From the IMG/VR virus record IMGVR_UViG_3300032053_000105, positions 1-53,179 of that record: a stretch of DNA of 53,179 bases, one strand, 5' to 3'. This DNA comes from a virus. Lineage: Duplodnaviria; Caudoviricetes. The position numbers and the translations under genes were made by a program. Position 1 is the stretch's first letter. Every line of letters starts with the position of its first letter. Positions 29,541 to 39,667 of the stretch are shown here, in pieces. Under the pieces are notes generated by a model. It saw only the letters and a list, made by a program, of their open reading frames with translations. It was not told where the DNA came from and did no database searches.

Positions 29541-29855
29541 ATTTTATACTTTTTAGATCGAACATTTACAATACGACGATTATCAAATATCGACGGCACA
29601 CGCTCAATCTTTTCGGCAACGGGAACAGCGGCAGGTTATCCTTGTTCTTGGCAAGAACCCTCACCTGAGACTTTAGAAGCACAAGGACATGTTCAGAACT
29701 TGTATGAGTGTTATACCGATATTTCCTGCCCGATTAAGGATGGCGATCAGATCGTTCAGGCAGGGATTACTTATGCGGTGAGAGATGTTGAGGTGATGGA
29801 CTTCGGTTCAACCCAATATAAGATGATTATTGCTTCTAAAGGAGATATAGGTTGA
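29541..29855 (+). CDS. Head closure (stopper) protein; probable ATT start
   Basis: Synteny; IKDGDQI; SD GGAGG 5 nt before ATT. Confidence 0.7.
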   Translation: MLYFLDRTFTIRRLSNIDGTRSIFSATGTAAGYPCSWQEPSPETLEAQGHVQNLYECYTDISCPIKDGDQIVQAGITYAVRDVEVMDFGSTQYKMIIASKGDIG

Positions 29856-30223
29856 ATATTACTATCAAGATTAAGAATTTAGATAAGTTTATGCGGGCTT
29901 TAGCAAGATCACCCCAGATTGTTAGTAAATATGCTAATACTGCTATTAGGCAATCTATTTATCAAATTGAAAGGGAAGTAAAACCAAGAACACCGGTTGA
30001 TACAGGTCAATTAAGGAATACTCAAGAATCGAGTTATGGTAATCTAATAGGTAGATATTATCCGACTGTTGAATATGGGATATATGTTGAAATGGGAACT
30101 TACAAAATGGCGGCACAACCCTATTTGAGACCTGGCGTTGAAGCCTCTTTACCAGCGATCACCAAGATATTTGAACAAGAGATAAATAAAGCAATGGACG
30201 AAATAGCGAAAGAGAGCAACTAA
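29852..30223 (+). CDS. HK97 gp10-like neck/tail completion protein
   Basis: PVDTGQLR, YVEMGT, AQPYLRP. Confidence 0.9.
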   Translation: MNITIKIKNLDKFMRALARSPQIVSKYANTAIRQSIYQIEREVKPRTPVDTGQLRNTQESSYGNLIGRYYPTVEYGIYVEMGTYKMAAQPYLRPGVEASLPAITKIFEQEINKAMDEIAKESN

Positions 30224-30687
30224 TGGCAAATAGAACCGAAATTGATGAAATAAAAACAGAAATCCAACACTTAATTGACGATAATATTACGACAGTCCAA
30301 GAAGTCAATAAATACTACAAAACTATTTTTAAAGGTTATCCAGTCGTTAATATCGTCTTTATGGGCGTTGAGAACGAATTCAGAAGCACAGCGGAGAATT
30401 TACGCACTTTTCACTTTCGCTTGCAGATTTTAGAGCAGGTTTCCCAAGTGCCAGACGGGGCAATTGAAGATGTCCAGATGGAAAGGGCAGAAAAGATTAT
30501 TGATGCTGTCGTCTCGGATATGATTGATATCTTTGACCAGAAATATGACAGTTCTGATATGGATAGTACGATCACTTATGGACTTCCCTCTAATACTGAA
30601 CCGAAAATGGTGGTCAAAATGGGAAACGGGGCGTGTTTAATGCAAGAAATAAATATAAGATATACAAAGTTATTTAATGTAACTTAA
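30223..30687 (+). CDS. Tail terminator (putative)
   Basis: Size, acidity, synteny. Confidence 0.65.
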   Translation: MANRTEIDEIKTEIQHLIDDNITTVQEVNKYYKTIFKGYPVVNIVFMGVENEFRSTAENLRTFHFRLQILEQVSQVPDGAIEDVQMERAEKIIDAVVSDMIDIFDQKYDSSDMDSTITYGLPSNTEPKMVVKMGNGACLMQEINIRYTKLFNVT

Positions 30688-30698
30688 AGGAGAAAATT

Positions 30699-31664
30699 AT
30701 GACAAACTATGTGGGTCGACGAGCAACATTAGGGCTGGCGGTTGAAGCAATAAGAGGGACAGCAACTGTGCCAACTTTTTATTTGCCTTACAAATCTCTC
30801 TCAATCGACGATAAAGCGGTGGCAGTAGTCCAAGATACAGCTTTTGGGCAGTTGGGCGATTCGGATGAGACTTATATTACTAAAAAATATGGCGAAGGTG
30901 ATATTGAATTTGATATGGAAGATTTGGCATTAGGAGCGATCCTTTCGGCAGTGATGGGAGCTTCGCCTTCATCAACTGGGCCAACAACTTTCACTCATGC
31001 TTATACTTTGGCAGATACTTCCAATCAACATAAAGCTTTATCACTTCTTATTCAAGATCCAAATGGATCAACCATTTTCCCGATGTCAATGGTAGACACT
31101 TTCGAAATCACGGTTGAGCCAGAAGGATTGGTTAATTGCAAAGTTGGTTTCAGAAGTAGAAAAGGTAAGGATTGGGGAACAGTAACACCAGTTTATACGA
31201 CACTCGGTAATAAATTCCTGCATCAGCATCTTGAATTCAGGGTGGATACGACTATTACTGGTTTGGCAACGATTGGCGAGATTGATTTGCGGGGATTGAC
31301 ACTGACAATCGAGAAAGCCCCAGTTGATTGGGATGATATAGGAACGGTCAGTGCTAATGATATTCTCAACAGACAAATCTCGGTCAGTGGACACATTGAT
31401 TTGGCTTATGGCGATAGGACTTGGAGAGACTATTTCTTAAAAGAAACTGCATTGGCGGTTGAGATATTCTTAAGTAGGGCGACCAATTCCTCGCTAAAAA
31501 TTCAATTGCCGAAAGTGAAATTTCAGAGTTGGGAACCGAGTAAAGATTTAGACGAGATTGCTGTTCAGGGGATTGACTTTAAAGCCCACTACGATGCGGC
31601 TAATGCCCAAAAGATAATTCACCTTTGTAATTTAATAAATACTTATGCTGGTACGAACTATTAA
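30699..31664 (+). CDS. Major tail tube protein
   Basis: Synteny; LAVEAIRG, FTHAYT, KIQLPKVKF. Confidence 0.85.
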   Translation: MTNYVGRRATLGLAVEAIRGTATVPTFYLPYKSLSIDDKAVAVVQDTAFGQLGDSDETYITKKYGEGDIEFDMEDLALGAILSAVMGASPSSTGPTTFTHAYTLADTSNQHKALSLLIQDPNGSTIFPMSMVDTFEITVEPEGLVNCKVGFRSRKGKDWGTVTPVYTTLGNKFLHQHLEFRVDTTITGLATIGEIDLRGLTLTIEKAPVDWDDIGTVSANDILNRQISVSGHIDLAYGDRTWRDYFLKETALAVEIFLSRATNSSLKIQLPKVKFQSWEPSKDLDEIAVQGIDFKAHYDAANAQKIIHLCNLINTYAGTNY

Positions 31665-31681
31665 AATAAAGAAAGGTAAAT

Positions 31682-32023
31682 ATGGAAAGACCAACAAAAG
31701 TGCTGGAAACACCGATTGATAAGCACAAAATTGAGGTCAAATCTTGGGTTTCTGGTGGTGAAATGGAACAGATACAAGGAGTCTGGCTTGAAGGTATGGA
31801 AATGCAAGTCGGCGAAGAAACCCAGCCAAAAGTTAAAGGTTCTCAACTGACAACGGCGAATCATAAATTAATTGAATTATTAGTAGTTAAATTTGATGAT
31901 TCGGCTGACGGGATTTTGGAAAAAGTCTTGGATATGAAAAATGATGATTATCAATTTTTAGTAGCTGAATTAAACACAATAACAAATCCTTCGGCTGAAA
32001 AAAAAATAGCCAAAAAGGATTAG
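31682..32023 (+). CDS. Tail assembly chaperone (gpG-like)
   Basis: Between tube and tape measure; ends at A9 slippery run. Confidence 0.8.
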   Translation: MERPTKVLETPIDKHKIEVKSWVSGGEMEQIQGVWLEGMEMQVGEETQPKVKGSQLTTANHKLIELLVVKFDDSADGILEKVLDMKNDDYQFLVAELNTITNPSAEKKIAKKD

Positions 32024-32181
32024 TTAGTTTATGTCGGGCTTTAAACTGGACATATCAAGATTATATGGATAATCCGAGTTGGTTTAATGAAATGATGTTT
32101 AAATTTTTAATGGAAGAACAGAATGAAATGAAACGACAGGATTCGGCAAATACAAGAACATTAAGGAGTTACCGTGGCTGA
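31998..32181 (+). other. Programmed -1 frameshift site and gpT-like extension
   Basis: A9 at 31998-32006; -1 frame open to TGA 32179-32181 (LCRALNWTYQDYMDNPSWF). Confidence 0.8.
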
Positions 32182-33670
32182 TGTCAGATTACAAGCTATT
32201 TTATCGGCAAGAGATAATACCGGAGGCGCTTTTAAAAGTGCTTCTATGGGTGTGGGAAAATTGGCGGCTGGCGTTGCCTTGGGACAGGCTGCTTATATGG
32301 CATTTAGTAAAGCGGTTAATCTTGCCACTGGTTTTATTAAAAGTTCTATCAAGGCTGGACTGGAAGCGGAAGATGCCCAAGTAAAAATGGCTCATTTGCT
32401 TAAAAATTCTGGCAAGGTTACAAACCAACAGATAAAATCTCTACAAAAGTGGGCAGAAACGATACAATATAAAACTGGCATTGACGATGAATCAATCAAA
32501 AAAGGTATCGGAATGCTGGGAACTTTTAAATTACAATACTCATCGATCAAAAAGTTAGCTCCCGTTATGCTTGATTTAGCAACTGCTTATTCAAATGCAA
32601 CTGGCGAGGAAATGGATTTACAGCACTGGGCAATTATGCTCGGAAAACCAGGAGCTTTACCAGAGCTTGCTACTAATTTAAGACGAATTGGTATTGTTTT
32701 ATCAAAATCCCAAATTGAAATGATGAAGATGGGAAATGAAGAGCAGAGGGTGGCGATTTTAACCAAGGAGTTAAAAGCAGAGTTCGGCGGGTTAGCAGAG
32801 AAAATGGGCAAAACGCCTGCTGGACGATTAAGGATTTTAAATATTGCTTGGGGGGAATTTAAAGAAAAAATAGGTTCAGCACTTATAAAAGGTTTGTATC
32901 CAATGATAACAGCGATGGGAAAATTAGCCCAAGACCCATCATTTCAAAAGAGAATTCAAGATATTGCCACAAAGGTTGGGGAATTAACGACTAAAGCGGT
33001 GAATTGGATTACATCTGTTGCAGTTCCATGGGTAAATAAACACTGGCCTGCAATTAAAACTGCGATTAAAAATGCTTACGATAAATTGGTTAGTTTTATA
33101 AGTAAAGTCCAAGCGTTTATAGATAAATATCCATTTATGGCGACTGCACTTGGAGTAATATCGGCTGCATTATTACTTCTTTCAGCAACAAGAATCCCTA
33201 ATACGATTCTTGCAATAAGTCGATTAATAACAAAAATTGGGTTAATCCCTTCTTTAATCACTATTGGTCTTGTCCTCGCTACTGCTGATTTTTATAAAAC
33301 TTACAATAGGGTAAGAGAGAAATTAAGAACCATACAAGGTCCTTGGTATATTAAGATTATTCCCGCTATGCAAGAAGCCTTCGATCCGAGAAAGGCTGGA
33401 ACTCCTTGGTTTGGTAATATCCCAAGATTGGGTGCATTGGTTGCTGGATTAATAAAAGGAAAACAATCAGGTGGCGTCATTTCTTCTACTGGCCAATATA
33501 TGCTTCATAAAGGCGAAATAGTTAAAGCCCAAGGAACTCATACTGGCGGTGGTGGAGATGTAAATGTTTATATTACTGGCCCATTAAATATGGGTTCAAA
33601 CACCGACATTGACGCTTTTGCTAAAAGACTGGGACGGCAAATTCAACTGGCGAAAGTTGGTGCCCTATGA
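32174..33670 (+). CDS. Tape measure protein (short, 498 aa)
   Basis: LSARDNT start, helical A/G/K-rich, QSGG...MLHKGEIV end. Confidence 0.9.
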   Translation: MADVRLQAILSARDNTGGAFKSASMGVGKLAAGVALGQAAYMAFSKAVNLATGFIKSSIKAGLEAEDAQVKMAHLLKNSGKVTNQQIKSLQKWAETIQYKTGIDDESIKKGIGMLGTFKLQYSSIKKLAPVMLDLATAYSNATGEEMDLQHWAIMLGKPGALPELATNLRRIGIVLSKSQIEMMKMGNEEQRVAILTKELKAEFGGLAEKMGKTPAGRLRILNIAWGEFKEKIGSALIKGLYPMITAMGKLAQDPSFQKRIQDIATKVGELTTKAVNWITSVAVPWVNKHWPAIKTAIKNAYDKLVSFISKVQAFIDKYPFMATALGVISAALLLLSATRIPNTILAISRLITKIGLIPSLITIGLVLATADFYKTYNRVREKLRTIQGPWYIKIIPAMQEAFDPRKAGTPWFGNIPRLGALVAGLIKGKQSGGVISSTGQYMLHKGEIVKAQGTHTGGGGDVNVYITGPLNMGSNTDIDAFAKRLGRQIQLAKVGAL

Positions 33671-34908
33671 TAACCATCACTTTAAATAGTTTAAATATAA
33701 ACTCAGGTAATTACTCGGTTAATACAATCCAACACGACTCGGGGACGCCATTAGAGTTGAACACTTTAGTTTTGGCAAGAGAAGATGGCGAGAAGTTAAT
33801 CTCAACCAGATATAGTGCTAAAAAGTTTACCATTGAAGGTTTGATTAAGGGTGATACTCAACAAGAATTGGAATACCGGCTTGATACTTTCAAAAAGACG
33901 GTTTCTGGTTCGGCTTTAAATCTTGATATTGATTATGGTTATGGCAGAACGAGAAGATATGTGGTGGCGGTTTCTAATATAGCGATTACAAGAGAATTTT
34001 TTAATCTTACTTTTGCTCCTTATAGTTTAGAATTATCAGTTTTAGATCCGCCTTTTGGGCAGGAAACGACAGAAGAGGAAGTTTTTAGTGGTAATGCTTT
34101 TACTTTACCAACTGAAACTTTTTCTTGTGTTTTTTCGGGAACGGCAGAACCGAAACCAGAAATTGAGATGACGATGGATACGGTGGGTGGATTAGGAAAT
34201 ATCGCTCTTAAAAATCAAACTACTGATACTCAAATGGATATTTATACGGCTTGGGCTAATTCTGATATTTTACAAATTGATACTGCTCTTAAAAAAGTTC
34301 AACTCAATAGCCAAGATATTGAATTTGAGGGGATATTTCCTGAATGCGAATTAGGTTTGAATAATTTACTTGTTCAATTCGATGCTGCTACTTCTCTAAA
34401 TCAAACACAAACAGAGTGGACTAATCCTAGTAATAGTTATGCAAGTAAATGGAATGCACAGTCATTTTTAGGAACAGCCGAGACATATAATAGATTGGAT
34501 TTAATTTTATATGCTGGTGATTATTGGGATGATCCAGTGATTAGAATTGAAACTGATAATGGCGGAAAGCCATCAGGGACATTGGTTCACGCTAATGCAA
34601 CCGCCACCCTTTCCAGTTCTGACATTCCGTCTACGCCGAATTGGGTATCAATTAATTTCAATCCTTTTAATTTAACTGCAGCAACTTATTGGATTGTTGT
34701 AAAATCACCAGGGACAACTTCGTTGAGACCTCTCTTATGGGAATTAAAGAATTCGAGTGTCTATGCTGATGGTGTTGCCGCTTATACACTTAATAGTGGA
34801 TCAACTTGGACATCAACCAGTTATGATTTTACATTTAAATTATATCGTCAAGTAACACCAAACTGGTCGATTGATACTAAAGTTAAATATACCCGACGGT
34901 ATTTATAA
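33667..34908 (+). CDS. Distal tail (Dit-like) protein with inserted beta-rich domain
   Basis: Synteny; DPPF, GTAEPKP; insert AQSF...RIETDNGGKPSG. Confidence 0.75.
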   Translation: MITITLNSLNINSGNYSVNTIQHDSGTPLELNTLVLAREDGEKLISTRYSAKKFTIEGLIKGDTQQELEYRLDTFKKTVSGSALNLDIDYGYGRTRRYVVAVSNIAITREFFNLTFAPYSLELSVLDPPFGQETTEEEVFSGNAFTLPTETFSCVFSGTAEPKPEIEMTMDTVGGLGNIALKNQTTDTQMDIYTAWANSDILQIDTALKKVQLNSQDIEFEGIFPECELGLNNLLVQFDAATSLNQTQTEWTNPSNSYASKWNAQSFLGTAETYNRLDLILYAGDYWDDPVIRIETDNGGKPSGTLVHANATATLSSSDIPSTPNWVSINFNPFNLTAATYWIVVKSPGTTSLRPLLWELKNSSVYADGVAAYTLNSGSTWTSTSYDFTFKLYRQVTPNWSIDTKVKYTRRYL

Positions 34909-34917
34909 GGATTAAAT

Positions 34918-36993
34918 ATGGCTAAAACTATTCACAATTGCGATACATATGATGGGAATGGGACTTGGGTTAATTTAGGCGATCCACATATTTTTAATAT
35001 TGCTACTGATAATAATATAAAACAAGAAGGAATTGGATCTGTTAGTTTTGAAATTAATAATGACGGAAGCAGTGAAAGTGCAATAAGTATTAGTGATATG
35101 GTTTCTGTCAATTTATCTAATTATGAAAATACTGGTAAAATCAGATTTTGGCTTTATTTACCCACTCAAGAAATTGCTAATATAATTACGGGGCTTGAAT
35201 ATCCTTGTATATTTGGTTGGGGAAATGATATATCAAATAAATGGTATAAGCATTTTACTACTCAATATAATGGTCAACCATTTATTCAAGGATGGAATTT
35301 GATTGAAATAGATTGGTCTATTGCATCTAAATCTGGTTTGCCCACCAGTAATAATATAACTTTTATGTATATAGTGATTAATTATGATATTAATTTAAAC
35401 GCAGTCGGTTATCGATTAGATTATTTTAGGGTAATTGCCGCCGATGAAAATGAAGATATTGTAGTAACCCAACGATCTAAAAAATATTTTATTAAAATCT
35501 ACAAACCAAATGGCAATTACATCACCACCATTTCTGATGCCTCCTTTGACGGATTTAGAAAACAGATCAACGGTGGATTGGGTGAATTGACTTTTAAATT
35601 GGCAAGAAAGTTTGATGATTTTAATGAGGGAAACGAAATCACTCTAAATAATAAGGTTGAGATTTGGTTATCGGATAGAGACACCGATTCCACTGGTCGC
35701 AAAATATACACAGGCTATATCAGTTCTTATTCGCCTTGGATTGACGGGGAAAATGAAGGTGTGAATGTAACTTGTCTTGGTTATGCGACAAAACTGGCAA
35801 CTTCTATTTACAAGAACGGTTCATCGGTGGAGATAGTTCATACTTCGGTTGATCCTTCTGCAATTATCAAAGATGTTATCACCAGATATCGAGCCGAAAC
35901 AATGAAGGGACAGAAGTATATGCAATCTGGAACTGATTATATTCAAGATACAGGCACGACAGTCAGTTATACTTTCAACTCAAGCACCTTTTTAGATGTT
36001 TTAAGTAAAGCGGTTGAACTTTCACCCGCTGGTTGGTGGTGGTATTTAGACGAGAATGGATATTTGAAGTTTGGCTCAACTCTTGCCATTCCAACTCACC
36101 GATTTACTTTTGGCAGGCATTTTAAAAAAGTGGAAGTAGTTAAAAATATGGAAAACGTGACAAATGATGTTTTATTTATGAGTGCTGATGGCGAGAAAAA
36201 GATTTTCAAACATTATAATAATTCGGATTCAGAAGATCAATACGATGAGAGATTTGAAGTTATTAACGATGGGCGGGTAACGATTGAAGCAACCGCAGAC
36301 GAGATGTCTAATGCGGTTATCAATCAGAAAAAAGACCCAGAAGAAACAACGGTGGTTGAGATAATCGACAATAACGGCAGTGATTTTGGTTATGATATTG
36401 AGTCAATTCAACCCGGCAATACCTGTAAATTTATGGGATTTAACTCAATTACTTCGAAAACTTTTGCTGACGTGATGCTAATTAAAGCGGTTGAATATAA
36501 TCTTAATTCGGTTACTTTGGAACTTGAATCTTTACAAGAACAGATTGCCAGAAAACAGGCAAAGGCAAGCAAAGATTTGCAAGAGCAAGTCAGCCACGAT
36601 TATCCAACTTCTTATCCGAGTGTCAATGTTGCAGATACGATTGGTAGGAAAATAATCTTATTTGATCAAATAGTACAGGTACTTAATCAAACAAATAGAT
36701 CTGATTTAACTTGGACTGATTTAGATCTTTCAAGTTATATTAGTGATCAAGCAAAGGGAATCATTATTGAAGTATTAGCTAATGATACTGGTGGTTATGG
36801 TGCTTATTTAGCAATTAGGAAAAATGGTGATATTTCTGGTGCAAGTTTGGCGGCGAGAACACAAGTGGCCGGCTGGATTCATAATGCGGGTATTATTCCC
36901 TGTGATGCCAATCAGGTGATTGAATATTCAAGAAATGCAACAGGAACAGGGACACTCGATTGTCAAATAAATCTGTTCGGTTATATTGAATAG
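34918..36993 (+). CDS. Baseplate hub/minor tail protein with N- and C-terminal extra domains
   Basis: Synteny; INGGLGELTF, IYTGYI, DIESIQPG. Confidence 0.7.
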   Translation: MAKTIHNCDTYDGNGTWVNLGDPHIFNIATDNNIKQEGIGSVSFEINNDGSSESAISISDMVSVNLSNYENTGKIRFWLYLPTQEIANIITGLEYPCIFGWGNDISNKWYKHFTTQYNGQPFIQGWNLIEIDWSIASKSGLPTSNNITFMYIVINYDINLNAVGYRLDYFRVIAADENEDIVVTQRSKKYFIKIYKPNGNYITTISDASFDGFRKQINGGLGELTFKLARKFDDFNEGNEITLNNKVEIWLSDRDTDSTGRKIYTGYISSYSPWIDGENEGVNVTCLGYATKLATSIYKNGSSVEIVHTSVDPSAIIKDVITRYRAETMKGQKYMQSGTDYIQDTGTTVSYTFNSSTFLDVLSKAVELSPAGWWWYLDENGYLKFGSTLAIPTHRFTFGRHFKKVEVVKNMENVTNDVLFMSADGEKKIFKHYNNSDSEDQYDERFEVINDGRVTIEATADEMSNAVINQKKDPEETTVVEIIDNNGSDFGYDIESIQPGNTCKFMGFNSITSKTFADVMLIKAVEYNLNSVTLELESLQEQIARKQAKASKDLQEQVSHDYPTSYPSVNVADTIGRKIILFDQIVQVLNQTNRSDLTWTDLDLSSYISDQAKGIIIEVLANDTGGYGAYLAIRKNGDISGASLAARTQVAGWIHNAGIIPCDANQVIEYSRNATGTGTLDCQINLFGYIE

Positions 36994-36994
36994 A

Positions 36995-37022
36995 TTGACA
37001 AAAAAAATACAATTTGTATAAT
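36995..37022 (+). promoter_or_regulatory. Sigma70-type promoter
   Basis: TTGACA-16nt-TATAAT with the same A-run as 25861. Confidence 0.75.
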
Positions 37023-37031
37023 ATAATTAAA

Positions 37032-37069
37032 TTGAGGTCTTGAACCCGAATTATGTTCGGGTTCTTTTT
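37032..37069 (+). terminator. Promoter-proximal intrinsic terminator overlapping TTGAGGTCTTGAACCC
   Basis: GAACCCGAA/TTCGGGTTC + TTTTT. Confidence 0.8.
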
Positions 37070-37084
37070 ATGAAAGGACTATTT

Positions 37085-39667
37085 ATGAGTTTTATTGATG
37101 ATTTCTTCACTAAAAGGTTGAAACCGCAATTAAGTAAAGAAATACGGCCAAAGATTGAAAAACAAGTTGAACAGAAATTAGAAAAAAAGTTCTCAAAAAG
37201 TCTCGACAAGTTTGTCCGCAATCTTGATCCATTTTTGAATCGTAAAGATGCTGTTTTACCTGGGAATTGGAAAGTTGTCAATCCAGGTGATTTGGGTTTG
37301 GGAGCAAAAAGCAGTGAATATTTGAAACAATATATGGAGTGGGTCTATGCCAATGCTTCGGCGATTTCAGAAGCGGTAAGTGCGATTGAGTTTCAATTAT
37401 TCAAATATATCGATAGTGGCGATGAAGGGGAAGATGTCGAGGAAATACACGAACATGAACTTTTGGAAATACTTTATAAGGTTAATAACTATACTACAAA
37501 AACAGATTTTATTTATGCGATGCAACTTTATCTTACTCTAACCGGCGAAGCCCCTATCAGATTAAGGATGACTGGTAAAACGATTGATGAGTTGTGGCTT
37601 TTGAACCCTGCTTATTTTAAGGTTTTTGTCGGTAAGGACAATGAGGGTTTTGAAATGATTACAGGATATAAATATTCTGATCCGAGAACGCCAGGTAAAG
37701 ACATTGATTTGAAACCATGGGAAGTAATTTTTATTAAAACTCCCAATCCCGAAAATCAATGGCGAGGAATTGGTGTAATCGAGGCGGCGGCAAGAACGAT
37801 TGATATCTTGAATTATTCCGAGCAATACAATCTGCAATTCTTCAAAAACTCAGCCATTCCATATATTGCTCTTCATACCGACCAGAAGTTAAGTGATGCC
37901 ACCTTTGAACGATTGAAGGAGAATTTTAAGGCTGAACATCAGGGAGTTGATAATGCCTACAAGACTGCCATTTTGGAATCAGGTTTGAAGATTGAACGCT
38001 TACAAACTTCGGCAAAGGATATGGACTTTCTGGAACAGCAAAGATTTATGCGAGATAAATTGATGGCAATGTTTAAAACGACTAAAGTAGTTTTGGGAAT
38101 TACCGAGGATGTCAACCGAGCCAATGCCGAAGCCTCTGAATATGTCTTTATGAAACATTGTGTCAGACCAAAAATGAGAAGAATCTGCGACCAGTTGAAT
38201 GAATTTTTTGTACCGTTATTTGATACTTCTAAGAAATTGTTTCTGGATTTTGAAGACCCGATTACTCAGGATATGACAGAGAAATCTAAAGAATACGCTT
38301 TAGCAGTTGACAAATGGATGACCAAGAACGAGATCAGGCGTGAACTTGATTTGCCCGATATTGATGGCGGTGATGAGATCTGGCAACCTTTGATGCTGGC
38401 GCCAATGGGAGAAAAACCCGAACCGATTATCCAAGAAAAACCAGTTGAAGAAAAACCAACCGAAGAAGAAATTCAAAATCCCGATGAAGAAAAACCAAAA
38501 GAAGAATTACCAAAAACAGAAGAAGGTAAAGTCATTAACTATCGTGTCTTAAAAGTTAAAAATGATCCGAAAAAGAGATTACTTAAAAAATATAAAGAGC
38601 AAATTGCCAGACTCAAAAACAGAAATGTAACCATTAAACAATTAACCAAGAAACTCGAAACCCAAATTAATAAAGTGGCTAAAAGTTATGCGATTAAAAA
38701 ACGGGTAGTGATCGAAAAGAAATATAAAGATTATAAAACTTTTGATACTCAAGAATTCTTCTGGAAAAACCAGATTAAGATGTCTGAGCCTTATGAGAAT
38801 AAGATCAAATCTGAAATTAGATTAAAAATCTATAACGAGCAGAAAATAGATATCTTAAATAAATTACGAAAAGCGGGCAAAGGATTAAAGTTTATTATCC
38901 GAAAACCTCGAAAAGTAGTTGTTAAATCCGCTTCCGATTATATGTATGACAAAGATTTGTATGTTAAAGCGGGAATTGATCTCTTGACGCCAATAATGAA
39001 AGAACTGATCGAGCAACACGGTGAAGAGGCATTAGAACTTTTGGGAAGTGATGTTTCCTACGAGTTATTGAGTGAAGCCCGTAAATACCTCACCAGCGAG
39101 CCTTTGAAGGCCTCAAAAAGCCTAAATAAAACGATCTATGGCAAAGTAAGGAAATCTCTGGCTGATGGTTTGGAAAATGGCGAAGGGATTCCTAAACTCG
39201 CAAAGAGGATTGATAAAGTTTATTCAGGTTTGGAAGCCTATCAACTTAATGCAATTGCCCGCACTGAAACTTCAAGGGCGGTTAATTTTGCGACAGTGGA
39301 TGGTTACCGTCAGTCAGGTGTAGTGAATGGCAAAGAATGGTTGACAGCCTTTGATGAACGCACCTGTGATTGGTGCGAGGAAATGAACGGAAAAGTGATT
39401 GCTCTTGATGAAGATTATTTTAAAGAAGGCGATACAATGAAAGTTGGTAAAGAAAGTTTGGATATATCTTATGAAGATGTTGGAGAACCTCCTTTGCATG
39501 TTTCTTGCCGGTGTACCACTATCCCAGTTATTGGTAAAAGTTTCAAACCAAAGATCAAACGAACTAAAAAAGTTAATCCAAAAGAAAAAGCCAATAAACT
39601 TTTAGAGCAAATTGAAAAGGAGATAAATGGACCAGAAACCGGACAAGGAAAAGCTCAAAAAGTATAG
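37085..39667 (+). CDS. Portal protein fused to Mu gpF/SPP1 gp7-like minor head domain
   Basis: LTGEA, LWLLNP, KDMDFLE, NRANAE, MTKNEIR; then IARTET, KEWL, DERTC, PPLHVSCRC. Confidence 0.93.
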   Translation: MSFIDDFFTKRLKPQLSKEIRPKIEKQVEQKLEKKFSKSLDKFVRNLDPFLNRKDAVLPGNWKVVNPGDLGLGAKSSEYLKQYMEWVYANASAISEAVSAIEFQLFKYIDSGDEGEDVEEIHEHELLEILYKVNNYTTKTDFIYAMQLYLTLTGEAPIRLRMTGKTIDELWLLNPAYFKVFVGKDNEGFEMITGYKYSDPRTPGKDIDLKPWEVIFIKTPNPENQWRGIGVIEAAARTIDILNYSEQYNLQFFKNSAIPYIALHTDQKLSDATFERLKENFKAEHQGVDNAYKTAILESGLKIERLQTSAKDMDFLEQQRFMRDKLMAMFKTTKVVLGITEDVNRANAEASEYVFMKHCVRPKMRRICDQLNEFFVPLFDTSKKLFLDFEDPITQDMTEKSKEYALAVDKWMTKNEIRRELDLPDIDGGDEIWQPLMLAPMGEKPEPIIQEKPVEEKPTEEEIQNPDEEKPKEELPKTEEGKVINYRVLKVKNDPKKRLLKKYKEQIARLKNRNVTIKQLTKKLETQINKVAKSYAIKKRVVIEKKYKDYKTFDTQEFFWKNQIKMSEPYENKIKSEIRLKIYNEQKIDILNKLRKAGKGLKFIIRKPRKVVVKSASDYMYDKDLYVKAGIDLLTPIMKELIEQHGEEALELLGSDVSYELLSEARKYLTSEPLKASKSLNKTIYGKVRKSLADGLENGEGIPKLAKRIDKVYSGLEAYQLNAIARTETSRAVNFATVDGYRQSGVVNGKEWLTAFDERTCDWCEEMNGKVIALDEDYFKEGDTMKVGKESLDISYEDVGEPPLHVSCRCTTIPVIGKSFKPKIKRTKKVNPKEKANKLLEQIEKEINGPETGQGKAQKV

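Noticed and set aside
37040-37084. N-terminal extension of portal given by the ORF track (likewise 26125 for the protease)
   Set aside because: These starts lie in terminator sequence; SD-supported ATGs are 37085 and 26140
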